From assembly GCA_015068665.1 (NCBI GenBank), contig SVKB01000011.1, positions 4,858-68,857 of the forward strand: a stretch of DNA of 64,000 nt, read 5' to 3'. The position numbers and the translations under genes were made by a program. The notes under the pieces are model-generated. The model made no database searches and had not been told where the DNA came from. It worked only from the letters and a program-made list of their open reading frames with translations. Shown piece by piece: positions 43,268-53,507 of the stretch. Within the stretch, counting starts at the first letter, position 1; each line of letters opens with the position of its first letter. This DNA comes from Oscillospiraceae bacterium. Lineage in GTDB: Bacteria > Bacillota > Clostridia > UMGS1840 > HGM11507.

Positions 43268-45982
43268 TTATTTGGTTATTATTTTTACTGTATTTGTGCT
43301 TCCGTCCCAGCCTACATAACATCCGATTGCTTCCGATAGAAATCTTAAGGGAACAAGTGTACGGTTATTATATATTCCCGGTGCCGCGTCAATTGCCTTT
43401 GCTTCACCGTTTATATAAGCCTCCTTGCTTCCGATTATCATTTCAATAGAGGCGTTATCCTTTTTCGCGGTTGCCTTTTTAGCTTCGGCATCCCACATAA
43501 CCTCCATCCCAAGTGCTTCGCAGATTGCACGGAATGGAACAAGCAGTCTGCCCTCTGAATTTACGGGATCCGAGTCAAATGAAAGCTTTACTCTGTCCAC
43601 ATAAATTTTATAAAGGTCATTATCTGTTATCACCTGTGAGCCGGAATTATTATAAAGAAGAAGCTCAAATATACCGATTGCCTTCTTTCCCTCCGCTTCA
43701 CTCTGAAGTCTTACATATCTTACCTCTTTTAAGGGGAAGGTAACTTTTTCATTTCCCCCCTTTGATTCCGCTTCAAGAAGCTTTACATAGTTTTCGTTAT
43801 CGGTAGAAACGCTGATTGAGTATTTTTCGGGAAAGTTATTGTAATCCCACAAAATTTCAGCTTCATCAATTTCGGTGCTCTGCCCTAAATCAATGGTAAT
43901 ATAAGGCTTTTCCTCCACATTACTTAACCACTTGGTTGCTGTGGAATTATCGTTTACATTTATATCCTTATCTGCAACCGAGGATGCAGAAACAAGCTTT
44001 TCCTTTGCTAAATTGGCAGGATTATAATAAAGCTCTGCTTCTCTTACTGAAACACCCTGCGGAAGCTCAAATTTAAAATATCTTGCCTTTATTTTATTAA
44101 AGGTCAATACGTCTCCCTGTGAGGTGCCCAGAGGGATATAGCCTGCACCGTCATCTGAATAGTAGAAATTATAATTTGAATCCGCCTTTAATATTGCGGT
44201 ATTTACATAAAAAGCCTCACCTAAATCAACTATTACCTCATTTGCACTCTGAGAGGTTTCAAGGCGATTGTCGGTAAATACGCCGCCGTTTTTATTTTTA
44301 AGGGCAAGGTTACTCTTAAGCTTTGCCTGATTTGCACCTCTTATGGAGTTACCCGATTCAAATATATACCAGGGCCAGCTTCTGCCGGTGTCCATATATC
44401 TTTCCTTCATGGTTGCAAGATGCTCGTTGGCTCTTAATATATCACCCATTTTACCTGATATTATGGAGGTAGCCATCCATGGGAAATCGGTTTCCTTTGG
44501 TCTTACAACTCTTTTAGGCTGCTCGGAATTAAATCTTTTGTAAAGATGGATTGCTCTTTCCGATTCGGGGGAAAGTGCATCGTATAAAATAGGGAATACC
44601 TCACTTGCCGCATCGCCGTAGAAAACGGTCCAGTCGCAAAGACGGGTTTTATTGGGAGTGATATAGTAGATATATTCGCCCTTATCCTCCATCCACATTC
44701 CTTCAATACCCTTATAGCTTTTCTCGGCAAGGGCACCGTAGTGAGCGGCCTTGGGCTCATCCTCAAATACTTCCTTTTCAAGTCTTGTAATGGCTCTTAA
44801 GCCCATAAGCACCTGAATATTATCCTGAAGGTATTTGGTGTAGTGCCCCTCCTGATTTTTTGCATCGGTAAGGCCGTCATCCCTCATAGTAAAGATAGCC
44901 GAATCCAGAATAAGCTCTAAATCCGCCTTAAGACTCTTGAAATACTCCTTGTCCCCGGTAACCTCATAAAGCTTCTCAACTAAGATTAAGAAGGTAGTAC
45001 CGCGGGAGTCAGATGCGGAGTAATCATCTGTTGAACGGTAATCGTTATAATCGTCTGCATTTACCTGACGGGTATATATAGTACCCTTTATTCCGTATTT
45101 ATCAGGCTCTCTGTTTATATGCCTTATATACCAGTCTATCCACTTTTTAACAGCGGTAACAGCCTCTTCGTTCGGAATATCCAAAAGACCTAAACAGCCT
45201 AAATTTACAAAATAAGGCTCGATTGTGTGATATCTTTTATCGGTGGCTGCATCCTTGGTAGAGTTATTTTTATTTCTTACAAAGGCACCGTCAATGGGCA
45301 TTCCGGGCATATTAATCTGCTGCTCTAAAAACCACTTATGCTCTCCTTCCATTATTCCCGAATAATCCAGAGGCTTTATTTCGGTTCTTATATCCTGGGG
45401 AAGCACTACATGGGTTGAGCCTGCAATAACTCTTCCTGCTTCATCCGGCTTGGTATCGAAAATTTCAATTTCCTCAACATATCCGATATTTTTATTGGCA
45501 TTTCCCGACGGGTCCTCAGCCTTAAGCACCGAAACCTTTACAAAACGGGCGGTTACCTTTTCAAATTCTATGGTACCCTTAAAATGCTTATCGTCTATGG
45601 CATCCGGGCAGGTAAACTTATCGGCTTCCATAACCGCAAGAGTTTCCCACTCCTCGGTATTCTGGGACACCTCTACCTTATAGCCCTTAAGACGCCTTAC
45701 CTTGGTGGTATTTATTTCATAGATATCAATTTTGTTAAAGGACTTCATCTGACCGAAGTCAAAGCGAACATAGGCTTCCTTTCTTACCTGCCAGCCCTCA
45801 CCGTGCTTGGAAACATCCTTTATTCCGTCGTTTACACGAAGATGGTCATTTGAGGAACGGGTGGTAAGGGGAACTATTTCTGCTCCGATTGCGATATTTT
45901 CAGGCTCCTCTGCCAGACTAAGGCAGGGAATAAGTGAAAGTATAAGTGAAGCGATAATTAATAATGTTAATAATCTTTTCAT
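43268..45982 (-). CDS. Secreted multidomain glycan-binding / glycoside-hydrolase-like protein (discoidin-type modules, central helical catalytic-like region, C-terminal copper-amine-oxidase-N-like domain)
   Basis: 904 aa with a signal peptide. N-terminal and two later F5/8-type-C-like modules (FNKIDIYE.., ARYFKFEL.., VRYVRLQS..). LVPFRAICEALGMEVMWDAEAKKATA at the C-terminus. First gene of the sugar ABC operon. Confidence 0.6.
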   Translation of the reverse strand: MKRLLTLLIIASLILSLIPCLSLAEEPENIAIGAEIVPLTTRSSNDHLRVNDGIKDVSKHGEGWQVRKEAYVRFDFGQMKSFNKIDIYEINTTKVRRLKGYKVEVSQNTEEWETLAVMEADKFTCPDAIDDKHFKGTIEFEKVTARFVKVSVLKAEDPSGNANKNIGYVEEIEIFDTKPDEAGRVIAGSTHVVLPQDIRTEIKPLDYSGIMEGEHKWFLEQQINMPGMPIDGAFVRNKNNSTKDAATDKRYHTIEPYFVNLGCLGLLDIPNEEAVTAVKKWIDWYIRHINREPDKYGIKGTIYTRQVNADDYNDYRSTDDYSASDSRGTTFLILVEKLYEVTGDKEYFKSLKADLELILDSAIFTMRDDGLTDAKNQEGHYTKYLQDNIQVLMGLRAITRLEKEVFEDEPKAAHYGALAEKSYKGIEGMWMEDKGEYIYYITPNKTRLCDWTVFYGDAASEVFPILYDALSPESERAIHLYKRFNSEQPKRVVRPKETDFPWMATSIISGKMGDILRANEHLATMKERYMDTGRSWPWYIFESGNSIRGANQAKLKSNLALKNKNGGVFTDNRLETSQSANEVIVDLGEAFYVNTAILKADSNYNFYYSDDGAGYIPLGTSQGDVLTFNKIKARYFKFELPQGVSVREAELYYNPANLAKEKLVSASSVADKDINVNDNSTATKWLSNVEEKPYITIDLGQSTEIDEAEILWDYNNFPEKYSISVSTDNENYVKLLEAESKGGNEKVTFPLKEVRYVRLQSEAEGKKAIGIFELLLYNNSGSQVITDNDLYKIYVDRVKLSFDSDPVNSEGRLLVPFRAICEALGMEVMWDAEAKKATAKKDNASIEMIIGSKEAYINGEAKAIDAAPGIYNNRTLVPLRFLSEAIGCYVGWDGSTNTVKIITK

Positions 45983-45985
45983 ATT

Positions 45986-46867
45986 CTACCCCTTTACTGC
46001 GCCTACGGTGATACCCTTTACAAAATATTTTTGTAAGAAAGGATATAAGAATAAAATAGGCACGGTTGCAATAATAATGGTTGCGTACTGAATGGTTTCG
46101 GAAATCTGCTCCTTTTCCGCAGTTGCAACATCCCCCATCATCTGGTCGGTGCTGTTGGAAATTAAGATTTCCCTCAGGAAAAGCTGAAGCGGGAACAGCT
46201 CTCTGTCCTGGATGTAAATCATGGCGTTAAACCATGCATTCCAATGCCCTACCGCATAATAAAGGGTGATAACCGCAATGGTGGGAAGCGCAAGAGGGAA
46301 CACGATTTTAAATAAGATAACCAGGTCATTTGCCCCGTCAATTTTTGCCGCTTCTTCAATGCTTTCGGGAAGTCCCTGAAAGGCATTTTTCATAATCATA
46401 AGATTATAGGTGCTGATTGCGGTGGGAAGAATCAGAGACCATCTGGAATTTAAAAGACCTACTCCCTTTACAACAAGGAAGTGAGGAATAAGACCTCCCG
46501 AGAAGAACATGGTAATAAGCACCATGGTCATAAGAGGCTTCTGCCAGAAAAAGTTTCTTCTTGAAAGGCAATAAGCCGCAATACATGTCATAAAAATATT
46601 TACAATTGTACCCACTACAACATAAAATAGTGTGTTGCCGTAGCCGATATAGATGTCAGGATCGGCTAAAACCGCTTCATAAGCGGCAGTCGAGAAGCCC
46701 ACAGGCTTAAAAACTATCCCCGAATAGTTTGCAAGCTGTGTTGCATCCGAGAAGGAAACAAATACAACATACAAAAACGGATAAAGACAAATTATTGAAA
46801 GCAAGGTCAGAAATACAACATTGAAAAAATCAAATATGTATGAACCTATTCCTCTTTTAACTACCAT
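45986..46867 (-). CDS. Carbohydrate ABC transporter permease (LplC/YtcP-like)
   Basis: 293 aa with 6 TM helices. EAA-loop-like motif ESIEEAAKIDGANDL. Confidence 0.9.
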   Translation of the reverse strand: MVVKRGIGSYIFDFFNVVFLTLLSIICLYPFLYVVFVSFSDATQLANYSGIVFKPVGFSTAAYEAVLADPDIYIGYGNTLFYVVVGTIVNIFMTCIAAYCLSRRNFFWQKPLMTMVLITMFFSGGLIPHFLVVKGVGLLNSRWSLILPTAISTYNLMIMKNAFQGLPESIEEAAKIDGANDLVILFKIVFPLALPTIAVITLYYAVGHWNAWFNAMIYIQDRELFPLQLFLREILISNSTDQMMGDVATAEKEQISETIQYATIIIATVPILFLYPFLQKYFVKGITVGAVKG

Positions 46868-46879
46868 AAATAATCCCTC

Positions 46880-47842
46880 CTACCATAAGCTTGTTTCACT
46901 GAATTTCTTGCTCAGCTTGTTGGTTGTAAGAACAAGAATCAGGTTAACCACCGAATTGAATAAGCCAACTGCGGCAGAATAGCTGTAGTCCGCATTAAGA
47001 AGGCCTCGTCTGTATACATAAGAGGAGATTATATCCGCCGTCTCATAGGTATTTTCATTATAAAGAAGAATAACCTTTTCCGAGCCCTGAGACATAAACT
47101 TACCTATTTTCAAAATGAATAAAACCACGATTGTGGGGGTTATTGCAGGAAGGGTTACATTTAAAAACTGCCTGAATCTGCCCGCACCGTCAATGCTTGC
47201 CGCTTCGTATAATTCAACATCAACAGCGGTAAGTGCCGCAAGATAGATAATGGAATCCCAGCCCATTGACTGCCATATACCCGTTGAAACGTAAACCGTT
47301 CTGAAATACTTGGGATCAAGTAAGAAGCTTACTCTTTCACCGCCAAGCATTTCAACGATATCGTTTATAAGACCTTCCTGAGAGGTAAATTCAACCACCA
47401 TACCGCAGATAACCACCACTGAAATAAAGTGGGGAAGATAGGTAATGGACTGAACGGTTTTCTTAAACACCTTACCCCGAAGCTCATTTAGCGAAAGCGC
47501 TAAAAGAATGGGCAGCGGGAAGGAGAAAACAAGCTGATACAAGCTTAAAAGCAGGGTATTTCTTATAATTCTCCAGGCGTAAATATCGTTAAAGAAATTT
47601 ATAAAATGACTAAAGCCCACCCAATCACTTTTCATAAGACCTCTTGCAATGCTGAAGTCCTTGAATGCCATTGTAACACCATACATGGGTGCATAGTGGA
47701 ATACTCCGTAGTATGCCACCACGATGAGCATCATATAAATCACTATGTAGTTTTTCTGATAATCCTTTCTGATTTTTCCGATGAGAGAATCCTTTTTCAT
47801 AATCACGGTATCTCCACCGGAGCTTTTTTTCTTAAAAGCCAT
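46880..47842 (-). CDS. Carbohydrate ABC transporter permease (LplB/YteP-like)
   Basis: 320 aa. EAASIDGAGRFRQF EAA motif. Polytopic. Confidence 0.9.
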   Translation of the reverse strand: MAFKKKSSGGDTVIMKKDSLIGKIRKDYQKNYIVIYMMLIVVAYYGVFHYAPMYGVTMAFKDFSIARGLMKSDWVGFSHFINFFNDIYAWRIIRNTLLLSLYQLVFSFPLPILLALSLNELRGKVFKKTVQSITYLPHFISVVVICGMVVEFTSQEGLINDIVEMLGGERVSFLLDPKYFRTVYVSTGIWQSMGWDSIIYLAALTAVDVELYEAASIDGAGRFRQFLNVTLPAITPTIVVLFILKIGKFMSQGSEKVILLYNENTYETADIISSYVYRRGLLNADYSYSAAVGLFNSVVNLILVLTTNKLSKKFSETSLW

Positions 47843-48018
47843 GTAAATACTCCCCTTTCTACACCTTATTTTATCAAATAATCATAAGAAAGTAAATCAC
47901 CTTTTTTTAAACTGAATATTCATTTTTGGATATTGTTTTCAAAAAAAGAATATTTACAATAGGGAAATAAAATGTTATTATATAGTTACATTAAATAATC
48001 TTAAAAGGAGAATTTAAC

Positions 48019-49653
48019 ATGAAAAGCATTAAAAAAATCGCACTTTTATTACTTACTCTGTCAGTAATTACCATGTCCTTTGCAGGCTGTGGCGGAAGTG
48101 ATAAGGGTTCATCCTTCAGCGGTGAAATCAGCTTTCCTCTTACCGAAACTGCAAAGCTTACCTACTGGGTGCCTCTTTCAGGCTCGGTTGGTGTGGTAGA
48201 TAATTTCAATCAGATGGGTATGTATAAAACTCTTCAGGAAAAAACCAATGTTGAAATTGAATTTATCCATCCCGTTCAGAGTAACGTTAAGGAACAGTTC
48301 AATATTATGATTGCAACCGGCGAATATCCCGATATCATCGAGGGTATGAGCAACTATCCGGGCGGTGTTACAAAGGCTTATGATGACGGTGTTGTTGTAA
48401 GACTTAACGAGCTTTCCGACTACACTCCGAATCTTAATAAGATATACGAGGAATATCCCTTCCTTACTCCTTACATAAAGGAAGAGGACGGCTCCTTCCT
48501 TATATTCCCTGTTTTAAGAGGCGGTGCCGTGCTTCGTCAGGGTAACGGTCCCATATTCAGAAAGGACTGGTTAAAGGATGTTGGCGCGTCAGCTCCCGAA
48601 ACCATTTCAGACTGGACTGATATTTTAAGAAAGTTCAAAACTGAAAAGAAGGCTTCAAGACCTTTGATTCTTACTACCTCCGACCTTAAGAAGGATGTTT
48701 TAATCGGTGCATACGGAATCAAATACGGCTTCTTTGCGGATAACAACCAGATTAAATACGGTCCTTACGATGCAAGATACAAGGATTATCTTACCCTGCT
48801 TAACAGCTGGTACACCGAAGGTCTGCTTGATAAGGAATTTACCACACTTAACTCCAAGACCGTTGACTCAAGCGTTTTAAACGGTGAGGGCGGTGCTTAT
48901 ATCGGCGTTTTGGGTAACGGCCTTCAGAGATATCTTACTCTTGCAACCGCAGAGGGCTTTGACCTTCAGCCTGTTCAGTACCCTGTGCTTAAAAAGGGCG
49001 ACAAGCAGACAATCGAAACCCTTTCTCCTATCGTAGGAACCAAAAACTGCTCTATCTCAACCACCTGTAAGAATCCTGAGCTTGCCGCTGCATGGCTTGA
49101 CTATGCATACGGCGAGGAGGGTCATTATATCTATAACTTCGGTGTTGAGGGCGAAAGCTTTGAATTTAAAGACGGTGAGCCTGTGTATACAGAGCTTCTT
49201 ACAAACAATCCCGAAGGCAAGGCATTCTCAACAGTGGGAAGAAGCTATGCAAGAAGCTTCGGAAGCGGTCCGTTTGTGCTTGATACAAGATACGGTAATC
49301 AGTTCTTCTCAATGCCTGTTCAGCAGGAAGCAGTTTCCATTTGGGGTAAATTCTCAAAAGAGGCTGAGGAGGCAGGTCACGAATTTATCGGTATTTTAAC
49401 CTCCGATGAAAATAAGCAGGCTACCTTAAAGATGAACTCCATTCAGACCTATGTTGACGAATCCTTTGTTCAGTTTGTTATGGGAACAAAGCCGCTGTCC
49501 GAGTTTGACGGATATATTGCCCAGCTTAAGAAGATGGGAATTGAGGATGTAATCAAAATCTACCAGGGCTCTCAGGACAGATTCATAAAGAACAATCCCG
49601 AGTACAAAATCCCTTATGACACAGATATCAGTAATCTGTTTTCTAAAAAATAA
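48019..49653 (+). CDS. Extracellular solute-binding lipoprotein (LplA-like, family 1)
   Basis: 544 aa. Lipobox SFAGCGG. Large SBP typical of polysaccharide-fragment uptake systems. Confidence 0.85.
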   Translation: MKSIKKIALLLLTLSVITMSFAGCGGSDKGSSFSGEISFPLTETAKLTYWVPLSGSVGVVDNFNQMGMYKTLQEKTNVEIEFIHPVQSNVKEQFNIMIATGEYPDIIEGMSNYPGGVTKAYDDGVVVRLNELSDYTPNLNKIYEEYPFLTPYIKEEDGSFLIFPVLRGGAVLRQGNGPIFRKDWLKDVGASAPETISDWTDILRKFKTEKKASRPLILTTSDLKKDVLIGAYGIKYGFFADNNQIKYGPYDARYKDYLTLLNSWYTEGLLDKEFTTLNSKTVDSSVLNGEGGAYIGVLGNGLQRYLTLATAEGFDLQPVQYPVLKKGDKQTIETLSPIVGTKNCSISTTCKNPELAAAWLDYAYGEEGHYIYNFGVEGESFEFKDGEPVYTELLTNNPEGKAFSTVGRSYARSFGSGPFVLDTRYGNQFFSMPVQQEAVSIWGKFSKEAEEAGHEFIGILTSDENKQATLKMNSIQTYVDESFVQFVMGTKPLSEFDGYIAQLKKMGIEDVIKIYQGSQDRFIKNNPEYKIPYDTDISNLFSKK

Positions 49654-49659
49654 AAAGTT

Positions 49660-51930
49660 ATGAAAAGAAAATTACCCTTTTTAAAAAAATTGAATATTAA
49701 TTTTAATAAAAAAGGTGTGTTCAGATATTTTCTTATTACTTATATGTTAGTATTTATGGTGCCGGCTCTGATAAGCTTTGTTATGCTTGCCGGTGCCCTT
49801 GATACAGCTAAAAACGAAGCTGCTGAGAAAAACCTTATTATTTCTCAGCAGTTTAAATATTCAGCGGAACAAATTTTAATAAGGCTGGAAAATATCAGAG
49901 CAAGAGTTATTTCGGATAAGGAGCTTACGGGCTTAAATTATGAAACCGAAAACATTACCACCCCCGAGCGCTACCGCCTTACAGGGGATATAAAAAGACT
50001 AAATGACTGTATTCTTACGGAAAACGATTTTATCGGAAGCATCTATCTTTACAGAAACGATAAAAATATTGCAATGGGAACGGCAGGTCTTTTTTCACTT
50101 GAAAGGCTCTACCGTACAGGCTTTTCGGGCTCAGACCTTCCCTACGGACGGCTTTATGACAGGCTAAGCCTTTCAGAAAGCTTCTATATTCCGTATCGGG
50201 AGCTTAATATAAACGGAATTTATGAGGACAGTATTTTATGCATTCTCCCGATTGAAAAGGGAGTATATCTTACCGACTGGACACATATTATTATGACCTT
50301 ACCGAAATCCCGTTTTGCAGGTAAGATAAAAACCGAAAAGGAAAATGCGGATATCCTTATTCTTGATAAGGAAAATAAAATTATTCCCCTTTACGGAAAG
50401 TGTGAGGGCTTAAGCCTTGACTACAGCTATTTTAAAAAGGATAAAACGGTTTACACCGATAAGAAAAGGGGAGCGGTTATAACCTGTTTAAGCTCAGAGC
50501 TTACCGACTGGAAGTATATAATGATAGAGCCTGATTCATCTTATTTAGGAAGGGTTCACCGTCTGTGGGGCTTTATTCTTTTTGGCTTTATCCTTGCCCT
50601 TCTTGCAGGAATGTTTATCATTTTTATATTTTCCAAACGGAACTATGAAAAGATAAGAAGCATTGCCGACCTTTTCGGGAAAAATGATACTGAAGCAAAC
50701 GAGCTTCAGTATATAAACGAGAATATATTAAAATCCATGGGCGAACGAGCCGAGCTTATAAAACTTAAGGAAAAAACCGGTGCCGATAAGGAAGAAGAAA
50801 AAATAAGAGAGCTTTTAAGAGGAGTTAAGTTTGAGAATTTAACCGACAAGGCATATCTTGACGAGCTTTCGGATCTGTTTGAGGGGGATAAGGTAAGAGT
50901 TATTGCCCTTTATCCCGAGAATACCCACGAGCTTTATTTCGGTGCTGATATTTCAGCCTCAGAAAAAGAGGAGGAAACCGCCTTTATTATAAGGAATACT
51001 GCCTCGGAGGAGCTTAGGGGAAAATCGGTCGTAATTGATGGAATTATTGCCCTTATTCTTGATAAAGCGTATAGCGATGAAGCTCTTTACGGTAAAATAA
51101 GAGATCTTATTGATATTTATAAAAAGCATTTTAACCTTACTGTAAGTGCAGGCATCGGAGGTGCCCAGTGGGGGGCAGGAAGTCTTAAAAGGGCTTATGT
51201 AACCGCCCGTAAGGCATTGGAATATAAATTTATTTCGGGTAAAGGAAGCATAAACCTTTGGGACGAGGTTTCCAAAAAAAATTCAGGGTTCAGCTATCCG
51301 CCCGAAACCGAGCAAAAGCTTATTAACTGTGTAAAATCGGGAAGCTTTAAGGATGCGAGCGCTATTACCGAGGAAATATTCAAAACTAATTTTATAGAAA
51401 GTCAGCCTTCGGTGGAAATGGCAAAATGCCTTATCTTCAACCTGGAGGGTACAGTTTTAAAAACGGTTCCCAAGGACACGGACGGAGAATATAAGCTTGA
51501 TACCGCCTTCATAAGCGAGCTTCTTACCCCGGAAAATATATGGGAAATAAAAAACTATTTGATAAAAATACTTGAAAAAATATGCGAATATAATCAAAGT
51601 CAGCTTTCTGATAATGCAGGAGCTGTTTCGGAGAAAATAAGCAGGTTCATAGCTGAAAGGTGCTGTGATCCTCAGCTTAATATAAGCCTTATTGCAGAGC
51701 ATTTTTCCCTTTCGGGAGCTTATATCTCAAAGCTTTTTAAGGAAAGCCGCGGAACAAGCATCCTGGACTTTATTCACACCGAAAGATTAAAAAAAGCAAA
51801 GGAGCTTTTAAAATCGGGAAAATCCGTTTCCGAGGTTGCTCTGGCTACGGGATACAGTAACTCCAATGTGTTTATCAGAGTATTTAAAAAATACGAAAGG
51901 GTAACACCGGGTCAGTTTATCAAAATGTAG
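49660..51930 (+). CDS. Membrane-anchored AraC-family transcriptional regulator with extracytoplasmic sensor region
   Basis: 756 aa with two TM segments (about aa 22-44 and 300-322). C-terminal AraC HTH (LNISLIAEHFSLSGAYISKLFKE...ATGYSNSNVFIRVFKKYERVTPGQF). Confidence 0.8.
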   Translation: MKRKLPFLKKLNINFNKKGVFRYFLITYMLVFMVPALISFVMLAGALDTAKNEAAEKNLIISQQFKYSAEQILIRLENIRARVISDKELTGLNYETENITTPERYRLTGDIKRLNDCILTENDFIGSIYLYRNDKNIAMGTAGLFSLERLYRTGFSGSDLPYGRLYDRLSLSESFYIPYRELNINGIYEDSILCILPIEKGVYLTDWTHIIMTLPKSRFAGKIKTEKENADILILDKENKIIPLYGKCEGLSLDYSYFKKDKTVYTDKKRGAVITCLSSELTDWKYIMIEPDSSYLGRVHRLWGFILFGFILALLAGMFIIFIFSKRNYEKIRSIADLFGKNDTEANELQYINENILKSMGERAELIKLKEKTGADKEEEKIRELLRGVKFENLTDKAYLDELSDLFEGDKVRVIALYPENTHELYFGADISASEKEEETAFIIRNTASEELRGKSVVIDGIIALILDKAYSDEALYGKIRDLIDIYKKHFNLTVSAGIGGAQWGAGSLKRAYVTARKALEYKFISGKGSINLWDEVSKKNSGFSYPPETEQKLINCVKSGSFKDASAITEEIFKTNFIESQPSVEMAKCLIFNLEGTVLKTVPKDTDGEYKLDTAFISELLTPENIWEIKNYLIKILEKICEYNQSQLSDNAGAVSEKISRFIAERCCDPQLNISLIAEHFSLSGAYISKLFKESRGTSILDFIHTERLKKAKELLKSGKSVSEVALATGYSNSNVFIRVFKKYERVTPGQFIKM

Positions 51931-52325
51931 AAAAGCATTAAAATTCCCCGGACCACGCAAAGCAAAATAATATAAAGAGTAAAATGTGTCTGTATCATAT
52001 ACAGGCACATTTATTTATAGTTTACATTACTATATTAAGGTATAAATTTGCAAGCAAATTTATGAATTAAAAGCTTTGCGTTTTGAACGAAATCAGCCAC
52101 TCGACGTACTTAGTACGCCTTCGGGTTCCACCCCTTCGGGGCTGAATTCGTCCAATCCAAGAAATTTTTTCTGCTTTTCGTTTGATATTGGCGGCATCGA
52201 GCCACCAATATCAAAAAAAGCGTTAAATCGACAAACCATACAGAGCAAAATAGTATAAATAGTAAATGTGTCTGTATCATATACAGGCACATTTTGTTTT
52301 AGTATACATTACTATATTAAGGTAT
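51931..52325 (+). repeat. Two T-type units starting at the stop codon of the AraC-type gene
   Basis: AAAAGCATTAAAATTCCCCGGACCACGCAAAGC. 14-bp hairpins at 51982-52012 and 52264-52294. R junction with an extra CCCCTTCGGGG hairpin at 52087-52151. GCATCGAGCC-loop hairpin at about 52174-52220. Confidence 0.8.
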
Positions 52326-52899
52326 AAATCCTTCGGATTGTCGATATGTTTTGCTAAAGGCAAAACTCGATATGCAATTAAAATTGCTCGATATGTGCTT
52401 CGCACTCGATATGTTGCCTTTCGGCAACAAGAAAAAAGGACGGATGCCGAATGGCATATCCGTCCTATCCTTAATGTTGACATAAGTCAACAATTCATGA
52501 TTTTTTTAAAATCAATTCATGTTATCGAATTGATAGCCGTCGGAGAGCTATCCGAACTCGCCTCAAACCCTTAAAAATAGGCTTTTTCTTTGTTGTCGGT
52601 TTCGATATACCTTGTATTATCAAAACCTTCCGCCTTGAAAAATCACAATTTTAAAGGGTTATAGGTTCTATAAGAATTTTTAAATTAGGAAATTTTTAGA
52701 TAGAATGAGGCAAAAACGCAGGTAATATTTCGGATATTACCGAGGATTTTAACGATATTATATCAAAAATTTACAATTTAAAAACGAGTTCGGATAACTT
52801 TCCGACGGCTACCAATTCACGCACCGCAAGGTGCAATTCACTATGCCGCTTGCGGCATATCATTCTGCATTCTGCACTCTGAATTCTGCATTTATAATT
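52326..52899 (-). repeat. C composite repeat (inverse), co-oriented with and abutting the stop of the HAD gene, interrupted by a MITE
   Basis: On the plus strand: a complete 5-unit CTCGATATG array at 52326-52437, P at 52437-52467, then the CAATTCA array interrupted at 52536-52809, then ATTCTGCA words up to 52899. Confidence 0.85.
52536..52809. mobile_element. MITE-like element, ~25-nt terminal inverted repeats, flanked by TA
   Basis: TA-GCCGTCGGAGAGCTATCCGAACTCG ... CGAGTTCGGATAACTTTCCGACGGC-TA (2 mismatches). It is inserted in the loop/arm of the GTTATC..GATAAC hairpin, which is intact at 62838-62856 and 11519-11536. No ORF inside. Confidence 0.6.
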
Positions 52900-53457
52900 T
52901 CATTCCTTCCACTTAACAATCCTGTCCCCTTTGACAAGATAGGCATTTTCCGAAATTTCTGCAAGGGGAGAATCGGAATAAGAATCCGAATAAAAGTTTT
53001 CTATTCTTTCATTGCATATTGCCTTAAATCTTACCACCTTTTCCTCACCGTAGCAGTTAAGACCGTCATATTTTCCGGTATACTTATCCACTCTTGATGC
53101 TTCAAGGCTTTTTATTCCGATGCTTTGGCATATTGGCTTTAATAAAAATTCAGGAGAAGCAGATATTATCATATCATTCTCTGCCTGAATATCAAAATAC
53201 CAGCTTTTTAAATTTCTCTTATGCTCCTTCCAGAAGGAAACAATATGGGAATCAATATCCTTTATTCCCTTAAAGAATATGTAAAATTTCTCTTTGAACT
53301 GTGTTTTATTTACTATTCCCAAAATAAATTTTAAAAACCAGTAGCCCTGATAGGGTAAGAATCTTATAATAAGCGGGAATTTCTTCAAGCTGTAGAAATA
53401 AAAATCCCTTGTACTGTCACCCTTATAAATAGTATTGTCAAAATCGTAAACGTTCAT
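52900..53457 (-). CDS. HAD-superfamily hydrolase (subfamily IB-like)
   Basis: MNVYDFDNTIY (DxDxT motif) behind GAGG. 185 aa. The track start at 53469 is 4 codons longer. Confidence 0.75.
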   Translation of the reverse strand: MNVYDFDNTIYKGDSTRDFYFYSLKKFPLIIRFLPYQGYWFLKFILGIVNKTQFKEKFYIFFKGIKDIDSHIVSFWKEHKRNLKSWYFDIQAENDMIISASPEFLLKPICQSIGIKSLEASRVDKYTGKYDGLNCYGEEKVVRFKAICNERIENFYSDSYSDSPLAEISENAYLVKGDRIVKWKE

Positions 53458-53474
53458 ATTAAACCTCATAAAGA

Positions 53475-53500
53475 GGGGCTGTAAATAAATTTACAGCCCC
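53475..53500 (-). terminator. Terminator hairpin GGGGCTGTAAAT-AA-ATTTACAGCCCC downstream of the M23 peptidase gene
   Basis: Same 26-nt hairpin as at the S-element ends. The minus strand continues TCTTTAT. Confidence 0.55.
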
Positions 53501-53507
53501 CGTTCTT

